From Candidatus Adlerbacteria bacterium (GTDB lineage Bacteria; Patescibacteriota; Minisyncoccia; Phycocordibacterales; SBAW01): DNA of 64,000 nucleotides. This document shows, in pieces, positions 25,821 through 35,649 of this stretch. Under the pieces are notes generated by a model. The model was not told where the DNA came from. It saw only the letters and a list, made by a program, of their open reading frames with translations, and did no database searches. The DNA is taken from the NCBI GenBank assembly GCA_029288895.1, contig JARIGK010000001.1, positions 65,446 to 129,445 on the forward strand. Reading direction: 5' to 3'. The number at the start of each line of letters is the position of its first letter. Positions within the stretch are counted from its first letter, which is position 1. The position numbers were made by a program, and so were the translations under genes.

Positions 25821-26643
25821 GCAAAAAGCCGAAGCGATACGCGAGACAATCATTGAGATGCTTGTGGCCGCTGGCTCGGGCCACACCGCGGGGCCGCTTG
25901 GCATGGCCGACATCTTCGCTGCGTTTTATTTTTATATTTTGAAGCATGACCCAGCGCACCCAGACTGGGATGAGCGCGACAGATTAATCCTTTCAAACGG
26001 GCACATTGTGCCTGTGCGTTACGCTGCGATGGCACACGCGGGCTACTTCCCGGTATCCGAGTGTTTAACGCTGCGTAAATTTGGGTCGAGGCTCCAAGGC
26101 CACCCGGAGAGGCTGCGCCTGCCAGGCCTTGAAACAACGTCGGGGCCTTTGGGTTCGGGACTCTCTCAAGCTGCGGGCATAGCCTATGGGTTGCGGATGG
26201 ATGGAAAGAAAAATCGCGTGTACTGCGCCATGTCAGATGGCGAGCAAGATGCCGGGCAGGTATGGGAAGCGGCGATGTTTGCAGGTGCGAACAAGCTTTC
26301 GAACCTCACGGCGGTAATGGACCGCAATAACATCCAAATAAATGGCATGACAGAACATGTGATGCCGCTGGAAAATCTGCGTGCAAAATACGAAGCGTTT
26401 GGGTGGCACGTTATTGAAGTCGATGGCCACAACATCGCGGAGTTTATACATGCCATTGACCAGGCAAAAGCTATTTACGAGCGCCCGACGCTTATCCTGG
26501 CGCATACAATCCCCGGGAAAGGTATCAAAGAGATCGAATTTGATTACACCTGGCATGGCAAGCCGCCTACAAAAGAAGAAGCGAGAAAATTCTTGCACGA
26601 ACTACGCACGCTTCGCGGCAAAGTACTAGGCGAACACGAATAG
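25786..26643 (+). CDS. tkt: Transketolase, N-terminal subunit (split tkt).
   Basis: GSGHTAGPLGMADI thiamine-diphosphate-binding motif. Confidence 0.9.
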   Translation: MALTQKTIQTLEQKAEAIRETIIEMLVAAGSGHTAGPLGMADIFAAFYFYILKHDPAHPDWDERDRLILSNGHIVPVRYAAMAHAGYFPVSECLTLRKFGSRLQGHPERLRLPGLETTSGPLGSGLSQAAGIAYGLRMDGKKNRVYCAMSDGEQDAGQVWEAAMFAGANKLSNLTAVMDRNNIQINGMTEHVMPLENLRAKYEAFGWHVIEVDGHNIAEFIHAIDQAKAIYERPTLILAHTIPGKGIKEIEFDYTWHGKPPTKEEARKFLHELRTLRGKVLGEHE

Positions 26644-26644
26644 T

Positions 26645-27100
26645 ATGGCGAACCCGGACCTTATTTCGTATATCAAACAAAACAGCACGCAATTTTCGCG
26701 CCCGATTTTGACGCAGCATTTGGTTGCCGCGGGCTGGCAGCGCGCTGACATTGATGCAGCGTTTGCCGAAATTGACGGTGTACCTGGGGGCCCGATACAA
26801 ACTCCTACGCAAACAACGCCTGAGGCGAATGTGGATTTTATTGCACAGATGCAACAACGCCGCGAAGAAGCTGCGCGTGCGGGTACCGGCTCGATCATGG
26901 AGGGGAATACCGAAATCCGCCCCAATGCAGCGCCTGCGAATATGTATGCCGGGCAGCGTGCCGCGAATGCGGGCGAGCAAAAAGGCATCATCGGTATGCT
27001 TATCAAGACGGGTCTTGTAAAAACTGAAGCGCAGGCAAATATCGTGATGATAGTATTTATTATTGCGATGCTTGGGGCTACAGCGTGGCTCCTTCTGTAA
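26645..27100 (+). CDS. Tail-anchored hypothetical protein (151 aa) inserted between the two transketolase subunit genes.
   Basis: Soluble N-terminal domain, Pro/Thr linker, C-terminal TM helix (IVMIVFIIAMLGATAWLLL). 1-nt and 6-nt gaps to its neighbours. Confidence 0.5.
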   Translation: MANPDLISYIKQNSTQFSRPILTQHLVAAGWQRADIDAAFAEIDGVPGGPIQTPTQTTPEANVDFIAQMQQRREEAARAGTGSIMEGNTEIRPNAAPANMYAGQRAANAGEQKGIIGMLIKTGLVKTEAQANIVMIVFIIAMLGATAWLLL

Positions 27101-27106
27101 ATTTCT

Positions 27107-28093
27107 ATGCTTTCTCTCCAACAAAAACTTATCTCTAACATTCGTGATGTGCCTGAGCAGGCTATGACACGCGATGGGTTTGGTGATGCGCTGCTTGAAC
27201 TCGGGGAAACAAACAAAGATGTTGTTGCGCTCTGTGCTGATTTGGCCGAGTCGACACGTATGTTGGCATTTAAAGAAAAATTTCCTGACAGGTATATAGA
27301 GTTGGGTGTGGCAGAGCAAAACTTGGCGGGCGTCGCATCAGGGTTGGCTAACTACGGCAAGATCCCGTTTATTGCCTCGTACGCATCGTTTAGCCCGGGC
27401 CGCAATAACGAACAAATCCGCACCACCATTTCGCTAAATAATGTGCCCGTCAAAATTGTAGGCTCTCATGCTGGGCTTTCTGTCGGCCCCGACGGCGCGA
27501 CGCACCAAGCGCTCGAAGATATTGCGCTCATGCGCGTACAGCCAAATATGTGTGTGCTGTCGCCAGCCGATCGTGAGCAAGCCAAGAAGGCAACGCGTGC
27601 GGCGGCGGAACATCCAGGGCCTGTCTATATCCGCCTTGCGCGCGAAAAGACACCTACAGTCACAACAAAAGACACGCCATTTGAGATAGGGAAGGCACAG
27701 CTCCTGTGGCAAGGAGAAAACCCGCAAGTTGCCGTGTTTGTAACGGGAACCTTACTATGGAATGCACTACGTGCAGCAGAAGAATTGCAAAGCGAGATTG
27801 CGGTGACGGTGGTGAACGTGCATACGATCAAACCACTCGATGAAAAAACAATTACCCAGGCTGCCCGTGCTGCAGGCGCTGCTGTGACAGTCGAAGAACA
27901 TCAAGTTGCGGGCGGGTTTGGCAGCGCGGTCGCAGAAGTGCTTGCGCGCACGGCACCCGTGCCTCTCGAATTTGTTGGCGTGCACGACCGCTTTGGCCAG
28001 TCAGGCGAGATGCAGCAGCTGTGGAATGAGTACGGCTTGGGTGTGCCGCATATCAAAGAGGCAATCAAAAACGCCTTTGCGCGAAAATTTTAA
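27107..28093 (+). CDS. tkt: Transketolase, C-terminal subunit.
   Basis: Pyrimidine-binding and C-terminal domains (GVAEQNLAGVASGLA, GPDGATHQALEDIALMR). Confidence 0.9.
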   Translation: MLSLQQKLISNIRDVPEQAMTRDGFGDALLELGETNKDVVALCADLAESTRMLAFKEKFPDRYIELGVAEQNLAGVASGLANYGKIPFIASYASFSPGRNNEQIRTTISLNNVPVKIVGSHAGLSVGPDGATHQALEDIALMRVQPNMCVLSPADREQAKKATRAAAEHPGPVYIRLAREKTPTVTTKDTPFEIGKAQLLWQGENPQVAVFVTGTLLWNALRAAEELQSEIAVTVVNVHTIKPLDEKTITQAARAAGAAVTVEEHQVAGGFGSAVAEVLARTAPVPLEFVGVHDRFGQSGEMQQLWNEYGLGVPHIKEAIKNAFARKF

Positions 28094-28110
28094 TCTATAC
28101 TGAAACGACC

Positions 28111-28302
28111 ATGGATCTTACGCAGCGCAACGTCTCAATCTTTCAATCATGGATCAACCCGGTCATCAGCCTTTTGTTTGTGGGCTCTTTTGCGCTCGGT
28201 GCATTTTTGATCGTATACAAAGTCGCGTTTGGCGAAAACCCAATAGCAAACGCAATGGCTGCTGCAATGCAGCGCGAAACTGTACTTCCAAGCGATCAGT
28301 AA
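28111..28302 (+). CDS. 63-aa single-TM small membrane protein, hypothetical.
   Basis: One hydrophobic helix. Tight spacing after tkt. Confidence 0.3.
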   Translation: MDLTQRNVSIFQSWINPVISLLFVGSFALGAFLIVYKVAFGENPIANAMAAAMQRETVLPSDQ

Positions 28303-28305
28303 ATC

Positions 28306-29307
28306 TTAGAGCGGCGAGAGTTTGTACTCGTGCGGTGCTTTGGCGAGATAGTCTTCGAGCTGTGCCCGAGTAAGCAGGCCTTTTTGTGCGCCAACTTCTT
28401 GCACGACAGACATCGCGTTTATAGGGCCCCAGAGAAGTGCTTGTTCAAGTGGTAAGCCAGTTGCCAATGCTGCGGTGACACTTGAGGCAAACGCGTCGCC
28501 TGCGCCGGTACGCTCGAACGGGGCGCGTGCATCGGGATACATGGGCACGTACCAGTATGCACCGTCTGCTGAGCGCGCATACGCACCCTTTCTGTCGTCG
28601 GTAATGATTACAATCTTGGGGCCGAGTGCATGCAACGCGTCGAGCAATACTTTTTTATCATCGGTCGGCTCTTTGCCTAAAATACGTTCTGCTTCTTCTT
28701 TATTGCACACAAACAGTTCGGTGCGTTCGTAGATTCCTTTAAGTGCATCAATACCCAACTTCATCTGGAAGGTGCCAGGTTGGAACGCGAGTTTTACATT
28801 CGGGTTTTGTGCGAGCCACTCTGCGATTTGTTGGTGATAGGGAAGAGAGTTGTCAGCAAGTGATGAAAGGTAGAGCCACTTTGTGTCAGCGGGGATGTGG
28901 GGTAGGCGGTAATCGTAGTTTTCGTGGCGGACCAAAATAGTCCGCTCTGTTTCGTACCACAACACGTAGTGGTAGTTGGAGGGTCGCGATGGGTCTTTGA
29001 CCATAAACGTCGTGTCGACGCCTTCTGCTTTAAGGACAGCAAGGCAGTCTTCGCCGTACCTGTCTTCTCCTATATATGCACGCAAGACAGACTTGAGACC
29101 AAGGCGTGCTGCGGCCACGGCAGCGTTGGATGCGTTGCCTACGGCAGGCACCAGCACAAAGTGATCGTAGGGGATTTTGTCACCCCAGCGCATGCAGATT
29201 TCGCAGCGTTCGTTGTCGATAGTGCAATGCACGCTCGCTTCTTTGAGGCGGATAAACGGTTCGGTGACGATATCGCCAATAGCAAAGAAGTCGATAGAAG
29301 AATCCAT
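28306..29307 (-). CDS. PfkB-family carbohydrate kinase (ribokinase-like).
   Basis: GAGDAF motif and di-Gly motif. Probable ATG at 29307 (MDSSIDFFAIGD), with a TATACT box 6 nt upstream. Confidence 0.8.
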   Translation of the reverse strand: MDSSIDFFAIGDIVTEPFIRLKEASVHCTIDNERCEICMRWGDKIPYDHFVLVPAVGNASNAAVAAARLGLKSVLRAYIGEDRYGEDCLAVLKAEGVDTTFMVKDPSRPSNYHYVLWYETERTILVRHENYDYRLPHIPADTKWLYLSSLADNSLPYHQQIAEWLAQNPNVKLAFQPGTFQMKLGIDALKGIYERTELFVCNKEEAERILGKEPTDDKKVLLDALHALGPKIVIITDDRKGAYARSADGAYWYVPMYPDARAPFERTGAGDAFASSVTAALATGLPLEQALLWGPINAMSVVQEVGAQKGLLTRAQLEDYLAKAPHEYKLSPL

Positions 29308-29320
29308 GCACAAAGTATAT

Positions 29321-29355
29321 CGCAAAAGAAAAGCCCCACTCGGTAGTGGGGCTTT
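29321..29355 (-). terminator. Rho-independent terminator on the minus strand (10-bp stem AAGCCCCACT/AGTGGGGCTT followed by a T-run).
   Basis: Perfect inverted repeat followed by TTCTTTTG on the minus strand, directly after small ORF 29360..29554. Confidence 0.6.
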
Positions 29356-29359
29356 GATG

Positions 29360-29554
29360 TTAGCGTTCGTTGATTAAATTGCTGGCCGCTTGTTTGCATG
29401 CTGCGCAGACAGTGTCGCCGCCAACCAGTCGCAAACTATGTTGGATGGGGACGCTCTTGTGCGCACGATGTGATGTGGGTGGCGGGCCAGCCGGAATGCA
29501 GAGCAACTGGCCGCTCTGTGTCCGAATATGCGGTAAATCCGCAGATTGAGTCAT
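29360..29554 (-). CDS. Small ORF (64 aa) with a canonical sigma70-like promoter, Shine-Dalgarno sequence and terminator. It could instead be a small RNA.
   Basis: Minus strand reads TTGACA-16 nt-TATAAA...AGGAGG-8 nt-ATG. A terminator hairpin follows directly. The product has a C-terminal CAAC motif. Confidence 0.4.
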   Translation of the reverse strand: MTQSADLPHIRTQSGQLLCIPAGPPPTSHRAHKSVPIQHSLRLVGGDTVCAACKQAASNLINER

Positions 29555-29628
29555 GTACGTGTCCTCCTGTAATTTTTATATCATTAAATTAGTTTCTGTC
29601 AACTGGAACAGTGTGTCGTATAATAGAA

Positions 29629-30489
29629 TGCATGCAAACACTTCGGGAAGTCATTAACGAATATAAGGCGGCAGGGAAGGCGCTCGGGCATTTTAATTTT
29701 TCGGATTCAAATCAGCTCAAGGCAATCGCAGAAGCGGCAAAAGAAGTCGGTGTGCCAGTTGTTGTGGGGCTCTCCGAAGGCGAACGCGAATACTTTCCAT
29801 TGGCAGAGGCGCGTGCACTTATTGATTATTACAATGCCAGTGGTGCACAAATCTATGTAAATGCCGACCACACCTACAGTATTGAAAAGGTGCAGGAAGC
29901 GCTTGCTGCGGGCGTCGACTCTGTTGTGGTCGACGGTGCAAAACTCTCGTTTGAAGAAAATGTGATGCTCTTGGCGTCGGCAGTAAAGTACGCAAAGGCG
30001 GCAGGCGGTGACATTCTTGTCGAAGGCGAGCTTGGCTACATCGGTTCGGGCTCGGATGTAAAAGATACGCTCCCCGAAGGTGCAGCTGTAACAGAAGAGA
30101 TGATGACGAAGCCGGAAGAATTGCAGAAGTTTATACAAGAAACCGGTGTCGATTTGATGGCGCCTGCTGTCGGCAATATTCATGGCATTGTGCGCTCGGG
30201 CCAGCCAAAACTTTCCATCGATAGAATCAAACAATTGGCCGGGGTAAGTACGGCGCCGCTCGTACTCCACGGCGGCTCGGGCTCGTCCGACGAGGAATTC
30301 CGCGAAGCGGTCAAAGCCGGCATCGTCATGGTCCACATCAACACCGACCTCCGCGTTCTATATAAAGACAGTCTCAAAAACGCCTTGGCTGTTGGAGAAG
30401 ATGTCGCCCCATACAAGTTCCTAGGCCCGGCTGTGGCGGCTATGCAGGCATATGTGGCGGCCAAGCTCCGCCTGTTTGCAAATGCATAG
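29629..30489 (+). CDS. fba: Class II fructose/tagatose-bisphosphate aldolase.
   Basis: HGGSG and NTD motifs. ATG 29629 (MQTLREV) lies 7 nt after TATAAT. Confidence 0.88.
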   Translation, partial: CMQTLREVINEYKAAGKALGHFNFSDSNQLKAIAEAAKEVGVPVVVGLSEGEREYFPLAEARALIDYYNASGAQIYVNADHTYSIEKVQEALAAGVDSVVVDGAKLSFEENVMLLASAVKYAKAAGGDILVEGELGYIGSGSDVKDTLPEGAAVTEEMMTKPEELQKFIQETGVDLMAPAVGNIHGIVRSGQPKLSIDRIKQLAGVSTAPLVLHGGSGSSDEEFREAVKAGIVMVHINTDLRVLYKDSLKNALAVGEDVAPYKFLGPAVAAMQAYVAAKLRLFANA

Positions 30490-30513
30490 GTTTTCTTGTA
30501 TATTTCTCGAATC

Positions 30514-31161
30514 ATGCAATTGACGGTAGAAAAGCGCGATACAGCTAAAAATACGAACGGTATGCGCCGCGAGGGTGTTATGCCTGCAGTGGTCTATGGC
30601 CGCAGCGAAGAGTCGACCCCGATTTCCTTGTCTCGCAAGGAGTTCGAGAAGGTCTTTAAGCAGGGTGGTTCTTCGACCGTCATTACCTTGAAGGGCTTGG
30701 GTGAAGATAAAGACGCCCTTATCCACGATGTGGAATTCCACGCTGTTTCGGGCGAACCGCTCCACGCTGACTTCTACGCTATTGAAAAGGGCCAGACCGT
30801 TACTGTGTCTGTTCCGCTTGAGTTCGACGGTGTTTCGCCAGCAGTCAAAGATTTGGGCGGCATCTTGGTGAAAGTTATGCACGAAATCGAAATGGAAGTG
30901 CAGCCAAAAGATTTGCCTGCCGCAATCCATGTCGACATCTCGGCACTCACTGGCCTCGACAGCAAAATTTTTGTATCTGATTTGAAGTTCCCAAGCTCAG
31001 CAGTCTTGAGCGTACCAACCGACGAAGTTGTGGCCATGGTGGACACTGCCAAGGAAGAGACCGAAGAGGCAGCACCGATGGACCTCTCGTCTATCGAAAC
31101 CTCAGTCGAACGCGGCAAGAAGGAGGAAGAAGCTTCTGCTGGCGACGAATCGGCAGAGTAA
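30514..31161 (+). CDS. rplY: 50S ribosomal protein L25 / general stress protein Ctc.
   Basis: MQLTVEKRDTAKNTNGMRREGVMPAVVYG... with an acidic C-terminal extension. Confidence 0.85.
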   Translation: MQLTVEKRDTAKNTNGMRREGVMPAVVYGRSEESTPISLSRKEFEKVFKQGGSSTVITLKGLGEDKDALIHDVEFHAVSGEPLHADFYAIEKGQTVTVSVPLEFDGVSPAVKDLGGILVKVMHEIEMEVQPKDLPAAIHVDISALTGLDSKIFVSDLKFPSSAVLSVPTDEVVAMVDTAKEETEEAAPMDLSSIETSVERGKKEEEASAGDESAE

Positions 31162-31225
31162 CCCACACAATGAATTACACAGAGAGCCGGCCAACAAGGC
31201 CGGTTTTCTAGTTTACAATAGTAGG

Positions 31226-32599
31226 ATGTCTCTTACGGCAGGGCGGCTGTGCGCCGCGGTTCTCTTTCTTTGTGTACTTATGTTCGGGTCGCTCTCGGGG
31301 AGGCCGCCACTAGCGCAGGCGGATACGAACGTGGATGCGTATCGCGCGCAGCTGCAGGCGCAGTTAAGCGACCTCGAAGCGCAAATCGCCCAGCAGCAAA
31401 AGATTTTGGATGCCGCAACCACGCAAGAGGTGTCGCTCAAGCGCGACATCAGTATTTTGGATGCGCAGATCAAGCAGGCACAGCTAGCCATCCAAGCCCG
31501 CACGCTCGTGATTCAGCAATTAACCTCGAGCATTCAGGACAAGCAAAACCAGATCTTTGGGCTGAACTCGCAGTACAACGCCGAGCTTGAGTCGCTGGCG
31601 GCTATTATGCGCGAGAAAAATACGCTCGATACAACGTCGCTTGTAGTGGTGGCATTGTCGTCGCAAAGCCTCTCTGATTTCTTTGCTGATTTAGAGACGT
31701 TCGACCAGGTGAACGCCAAGATGCAATCATCATTTGTGCAGATAACCGATACGCGCACCGCCACGGAACAGGAAAAGGCCGATTTAGAAAACCAGCTCGA
31801 AGAGGAGACACAGCTCCGCCAGGTGCAGCAATTGCAGCAGCAGCAAATCCAGTCACAGCAAGACCAAAAGCAAAAAATTTTGGCAGACACCAAAGGCCAG
31901 GAAGCGGCGTACCAAAAGATCATTTCAGCAAACCAAAAGTCTGCGGCGCAGATCCGCACTGCACTCTTCCAGCTCACTGGCTCAGCTGCCATTCCGTTTA
32001 GTAAAGCGCTCGACTATGCAAACGAGGCAAGCAAAGCAACCGGCATCCGTGCTGCGTTCTTGCTCGGCATTATCGCGGAAGAAAGTAACTTGGGCGAAAA
32101 TGTCGGCACCGGTACCTGGACCGTCGACATGAAAGCGCCGCGCGACACCGTGCCGTTCCAAGCAATTACCTCAAGTTTGGGGTTGAACCCAGACACCATG
32201 CCCGTGTCGAAAAAGCCGTGGTATGGCTATGGCGGTGCGATGGGTCCGGCACAATTTATCCCGTCGACGTGGGCCTTGATGGCGGGCTATGTGGGCAGCG
32301 ACTTCCACTACGACGCGTCCAAAGACCGCGTGGGCAAGCGCACAGGTAACCAGCCGCCGAACCCATGGAATCCAGAAGATGCCTTTATGGCCGCGGCGCT
32401 CTACCTCACAGACAGCGTTAAGGCGCCGCAGGGGACGTCGGGCGAATTCAAGGCAGCCATGTGCTACCTGGCAGGCTGCGGCAACGTGAACAACGCGAGC
32501 CTCCAGTTTTATGGCAATACCGTGGCCTCATTGGCCAAGAAATACCAGTGCCAAATCGACATAATTAACGGAAATACCAACTCAAATTCCTGCAATTAA
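31226..32599 (+). CDS. Secreted coiled-coil protein with a C-terminal lytic-transglycosylase (SLT)-like domain. Peptidoglycan hydrolase candidate.
   Basis: Signal peptide, about 250 aa of Q/L-rich coiled coil, then GIIAEESNLG (catalytic E-S) ... AMGPAQFIPSTW. Confidence 0.6.
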   Translation: MSLTAGRLCAAVLFLCVLMFGSLSGRPPLAQADTNVDAYRAQLQAQLSDLEAQIAQQQKILDAATTQEVSLKRDISILDAQIKQAQLAIQARTLVIQQLTSSIQDKQNQIFGLNSQYNAELESLAAIMREKNTLDTTSLVVVALSSQSLSDFFADLETFDQVNAKMQSSFVQITDTRTATEQEKADLENQLEEETQLRQVQQLQQQQIQSQQDQKQKILADTKGQEAAYQKIISANQKSAAQIRTALFQLTGSAAIPFSKALDYANEASKATGIRAAFLLGIIAEESNLGENVGTGTWTVDMKAPRDTVPFQAITSSLGLNPDTMPVSKKPWYGYGGAMGPAQFIPSTWALMAGYVGSDFHYDASKDRVGKRTGNQPPNPWNPEDAFMAAALYLTDSVKAPQGTSGEFKAAMCYLAGCGNVNNASLQFYGNTVASLAKKYQCQIDIINGNTNSNSCN

Positions 32600-32632
32600 A
32601 GAGGCTTGCAAAAGGCATTTTTGAGTGCTACT

Positions 32633-32851
32633 ATGGGCAGCGTGAAAACCGAAACTCATCCTAAATACTTTGCTGACGCGAAAGTCACCTGCGTATGTGG
32701 CCGCACCTTTACTGTTGGCTCGACGAAAGAAAAACTTGAAGTCGAAATCTGCAGCGCATGCCATCCGTTCTACACTGGTAACGAAAAAATCCTCGACACC
32801 GCAGGCCGCGTCGAGAAATTCAAGGCACGCCGCGCAGCTGCAAAGAAGTAG
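32633..32851 (+). CDS. rpmE: 50S ribosomal protein L31.
   Basis: HPKY...CVCG...[10 protein letters not shown] zinc-ribbon pattern. Confidence 0.85.
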   Translation: MGSVKTETHPKYFADAKVTCVCGRTFTVGSTKEKLEVEICSACHPFYTGNEKILDTAGRVEKFKARRAAAKK

Positions 32852-32890
32852 GTACCCGACGCTCGACGCCCCACGTCGAGCGTTTTTGCT

Positions 32891-33853
32891 ATGGACATAT
32901 CTAAATACAAAGACAATCCGAAGACCGCTTATTTTGCTCAAGAGCTTGAGCGTTTGCTTGCAGAGGAGGTAGAAGTAAAAGAACTCGCAGCGGGGGATTT
33001 GGGCGACTTGGCAAAAGATGATTTGGCCCGCATCGAAGAGCAGAAGAAGGCTCTTATTGATGAGATGGAGAAGATCCTCGAGAAAGAAAAGCAGGAAGAG
33101 GAATTCCCCAACGAGGCAATTATGGAAATTCGCGCAGGCGTCGGCGGGGAAGAGGCCGCGCTTTTTGCCGAAGAATTAGCGCATATGTACCGCGCCTACG
33201 CTGAACAGGAAGGCTGGCAGGTGCGCGTGCTGTCGGAAGCTAAAACTGACTTGGGTGGCTACAAAGAAGTGATGCTCGAATTAAAGGGCCTCGAAGTATA
33301 TAAACGCCTGCGTTACGAAACAGGCGTGCACCGCATCCAGCGCATCCCTGCGACAGAAAAAAGCGGCCGCGTGCATACCTCGACGGCGTCGGTGGCAATG
33401 CTTCCTATTCGCAAAAAGCACACAGTTGAAATAAATCCGGGTGATATTGAAATGGAATTCTCACGCGCAGGGGGCGCCGGCGGGCAAAACGTCAACAAAG
33501 TGGAGACGGCCGTACGCATCGTTCACAAACCAACAGGTTTGGAAGCGCGTTCGCAGTCGGAGCGCAACCAGCTTGGCAACCGCGAAAAAGCCATGGCGGT
33601 GCTGTTGGCAAAGCTCGAACAGTACGAAGAAGAAAAGGCGAGCGCCAAGCTTTCAGCCGACCGCAAGTCGCAAATCGGCACGGGCGACCGCTCGGAGAAG
33701 ATCCGCACCTACAACGTCCTTCAAGACCGCGTGACAGACCACCGGCTTAAAGAATCGTGGCACAATTTACCCCTTATATTTGAGGGTAATATTGGCCCTA
33801 TTATCGAAGCCCTAGGCGTAGCCGACGGAGGCAGCCTTGAAGTTGCAGAATAA
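32891..33853 (+). CDS. prfA: Peptide chain release factor 1.
   Basis: GGQ motif ([11 protein letters not shown]) and PAT tripeptide ([14 protein letters not shown]). Confidence 0.9.
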   Translation: MDISKYKDNPKTAYFAQELERLLAEEVEVKELAAGDLGDLAKDDLARIEEQKKALIDEMEKILEKEKQEEEFPNEAIMEIRAGVGGEEAALFAEELAHMYRAYAEQEGWQVRVLSEAKTDLGGYKEVMLELKGLEVYKRLRYETGVHRIQRIPATEKSGRVHTSTASVAMLPIRKKHTVEINPGDIEMEFSRAGGAGGQNVNKVETAVRIVHKPTGLEARSQSERNQLGNREKAMAVLLAKLEQYEEEKASAKLSADRKSQIGTGDRSEKIRTYNVLQDRVTDHRLKESWHNLPLIFEGNIGPIIEALGVADGGSLEVAE

Positions 33854-33883
33854 GGCCGTCCGTGGTACGTTAGGCAGGTCTCT

Positions 33884-34609
33884 ATGGAACAAAAAAACCC
33901 CGTAATTGATACACTTTTTAAATTGGGAGCACACTTCGGCTATTCGCCGTCGCGCCGCCACCCGTCCGTTTCGAAATACATCTTCGGCGCTAAAGGCGGC
34001 ACGGAGCTTTTTGACTTGGAACAGACCGCCGCTTCGATGGCGTCGGCACTCGAAGTTATTAAGACCTTGGCAGGCCAGCGCAAGAGCATTCTCTTTGTTG
34101 GCGGTAAAGCAGAAGCGCGCGAGCCATTGGCACGCGCAGCACAGCGTTTGAACTTGCCGTTTGTCGCATCTCGCTGGATCGGCGGTACGCTTACAAACTT
34201 TAGCGAAATCAAGAAGCGCTTGAACCTTTTGGCAGAGCAGACCGAGCAGCGCGAAAAAGGCGAGCTCGCAAAATTTACCAAGCACGAGCGCCTTCTCATT
34301 GACCGCAACATTGCAGATTTGGAGCGCATGTTTGGTGGTCTCAAAGGTATGAACAAAATCCCTGATGCACTTTTCATTGTCGACCCAAAGCAGGAGGCAG
34401 GTGCAGTTGCAGAAGCAAAGCAGCTTAACATCCCGATCATCGCACTCTTGAACACCGACTGCGACACCACGAATATTCAGCACCCAATCCCAGCAAACGA
34501 CTCGTCGGTACAGGTTGTCTCGTACGTACTCGACGAAGTTGCTAAGGCATACGAAAGCAACTTGGGCACCGCCCCGAACCCTGAATCGCTCGCAGCGGCC
34601 CAGGCGTAA
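33884..34609 (+). CDS. rpsB: 30S ribosomal protein S2.
   Basis: FKLGAHFGY...RWIGGTLTNF. Confidence 0.92.
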   Translation: MEQKNPVIDTLFKLGAHFGYSPSRRHPSVSKYIFGAKGGTELFDLEQTAASMASALEVIKTLAGQRKSILFVGGKAEAREPLARAAQRLNLPFVASRWIGGTLTNFSEIKKRLNLLAEQTEQREKGELAKFTKHERLLIDRNIADLERMFGGLKGMNKIPDALFIVDPKQEAGAVAEAKQLNIPIIALLNTDCDTTNIQHPIPANDSSVQVVSYVLDEVAKAYESNLGTAPNPESLAAAQA

Positions 34610-34657
34610 GCGTTCTCTCTTCGTTACCAAACAATTATTTTTAGACGTACTTTTTGT

Positions 34658-35113
34658 ATGGCAATCACTGCAGAAGCTGTTAAAGAACTTCGCGATAAGA
34701 CGGGCATTTCGATGATGGAGTGCAAGAAAGCACTCGAAGAAGCACAAGGCGACACAGCAAAAGCTATGGAGCTCTTGCAGGCACGTGCAGCGCATGTCGC
34801 CGCAAAGAAGGCCGACCGCGAGCTTGGAGCTGGCGTCGTTGCGTCGTACATCCACAATACCGGCCAGATCGGTGCCATGGTGTTGCTTGTCTGCGAGACA
34901 GACTTTGTGTCGAAGAACGATGAGTTTATGGCACTCGCAAAAGACATTGCAATGCATGTCTCTGCGATGCGCAACGAAGATGTTGAAGCGCTCATGTCTG
35001 AGCAGTTCATCAAAGATCCGTCGAAGACCATCAAAGATCTCCTTTCTGGCGCAACCCAGAAGTTTGGCGAGCGCGTCGAAGTCGCACGCGTCAGTTGTTT
35101 TTCGGTCCGCTAA
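34658..35113 (+). CDS. tsf: Elongation factor Ts, short form (151 aa).
   Basis: AVKELRDKTGISMMECKKAL UBA-like N-terminus. Truncated dimerisation region. Confidence 0.88.
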   Translation: MAITAEAVKELRDKTGISMMECKKALEEAQGDTAKAMELLQARAAHVAAKKADRELGAGVVASYIHNTGQIGAMVLLVCETDFVSKNDEFMALAKDIAMHVSAMRNEDVEALMSEQFIKDPSKTIKDLLSGATQKFGERVEVARVSCFSVR

Positions 35114-35132
35114 ACGATAGACTGAACAGTAT

Positions 35133-35552
35133 ATGGTGCTGTTTTTTGTCTGCCTGATGCTTGTCTCGATCGCGGGGATGGTATCGTTGCTCGTCATTAA
35201 GCGCTGGGAGCTTGAGACGGGCAATATGTTGTTTGGCGGTATCCGCCCACATGTTGGCAAAAAGGCACACTCGTTCCTTACATGGGTCGAACGTGCGCTG
35301 CCGGGGATTATTTCCGACTACAGCCTTCGCACCGGCCGCCGTGTCCAAGAAACTTTGCACCGCAAAATTGCGCAGGCGTTGCTTGCGACAGAGCATGGGC
35401 TTGAGCATTTGCTTAAGCAGCTTCGCGGGGTGACAGAACACCCCAAGAGCAACAAGCCAGCCTCGGACTTTTTGCGCGAGGTTGCAGAACATAAGCGCCA
35501 GCTTGTATCATCCAAGCAGGCCGAAATGCTCGCAGAAGTTTCGGAAGAATAG
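35133..35552 (+). CDS. Membrane-anchored hypothetical protein (139 aa).
   Basis: N-terminal TM helix followed by a charged helical region. Confidence 0.4.
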   Translation: MVLFFVCLMLVSIAGMVSLLVIKRWELETGNMLFGGIRPHVGKKAHSFLTWVERALPGIISDYSLRTGRRVQETLHRKIAQALLATEHGLEHLLKQLRGVTEHPKSNKPASDFLREVAEHKRQLVSSKQAEMLAEVSEE

Positions 35553-35649
35553 TTCGCCTTTTAAAACCACACGCCGCCTTAGGGCCGACGCTTCGGTCGG
35601 CCTCCCGACCCGCAAAGCGGCGTCGGGACTCAGTTGGTAGAATATATGT

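Noticed and set aside
26567-27319. 250-aa and 196-aa minus-strand ORFs overlapping the tkt C-terminal subunit and the inserted 151-aa gene.
   Set aside because: Antisense to the conserved transketolase coding sequence, with no independent signals.
33812-35260. 482-aa ORF on the minus strand spanning rpsB and tsf.
   Set aside because: It is entirely antisense to two highly conserved ribosomal and translation genes, with no start context. Long antisense ORFs are a typical GC-skew artefact.
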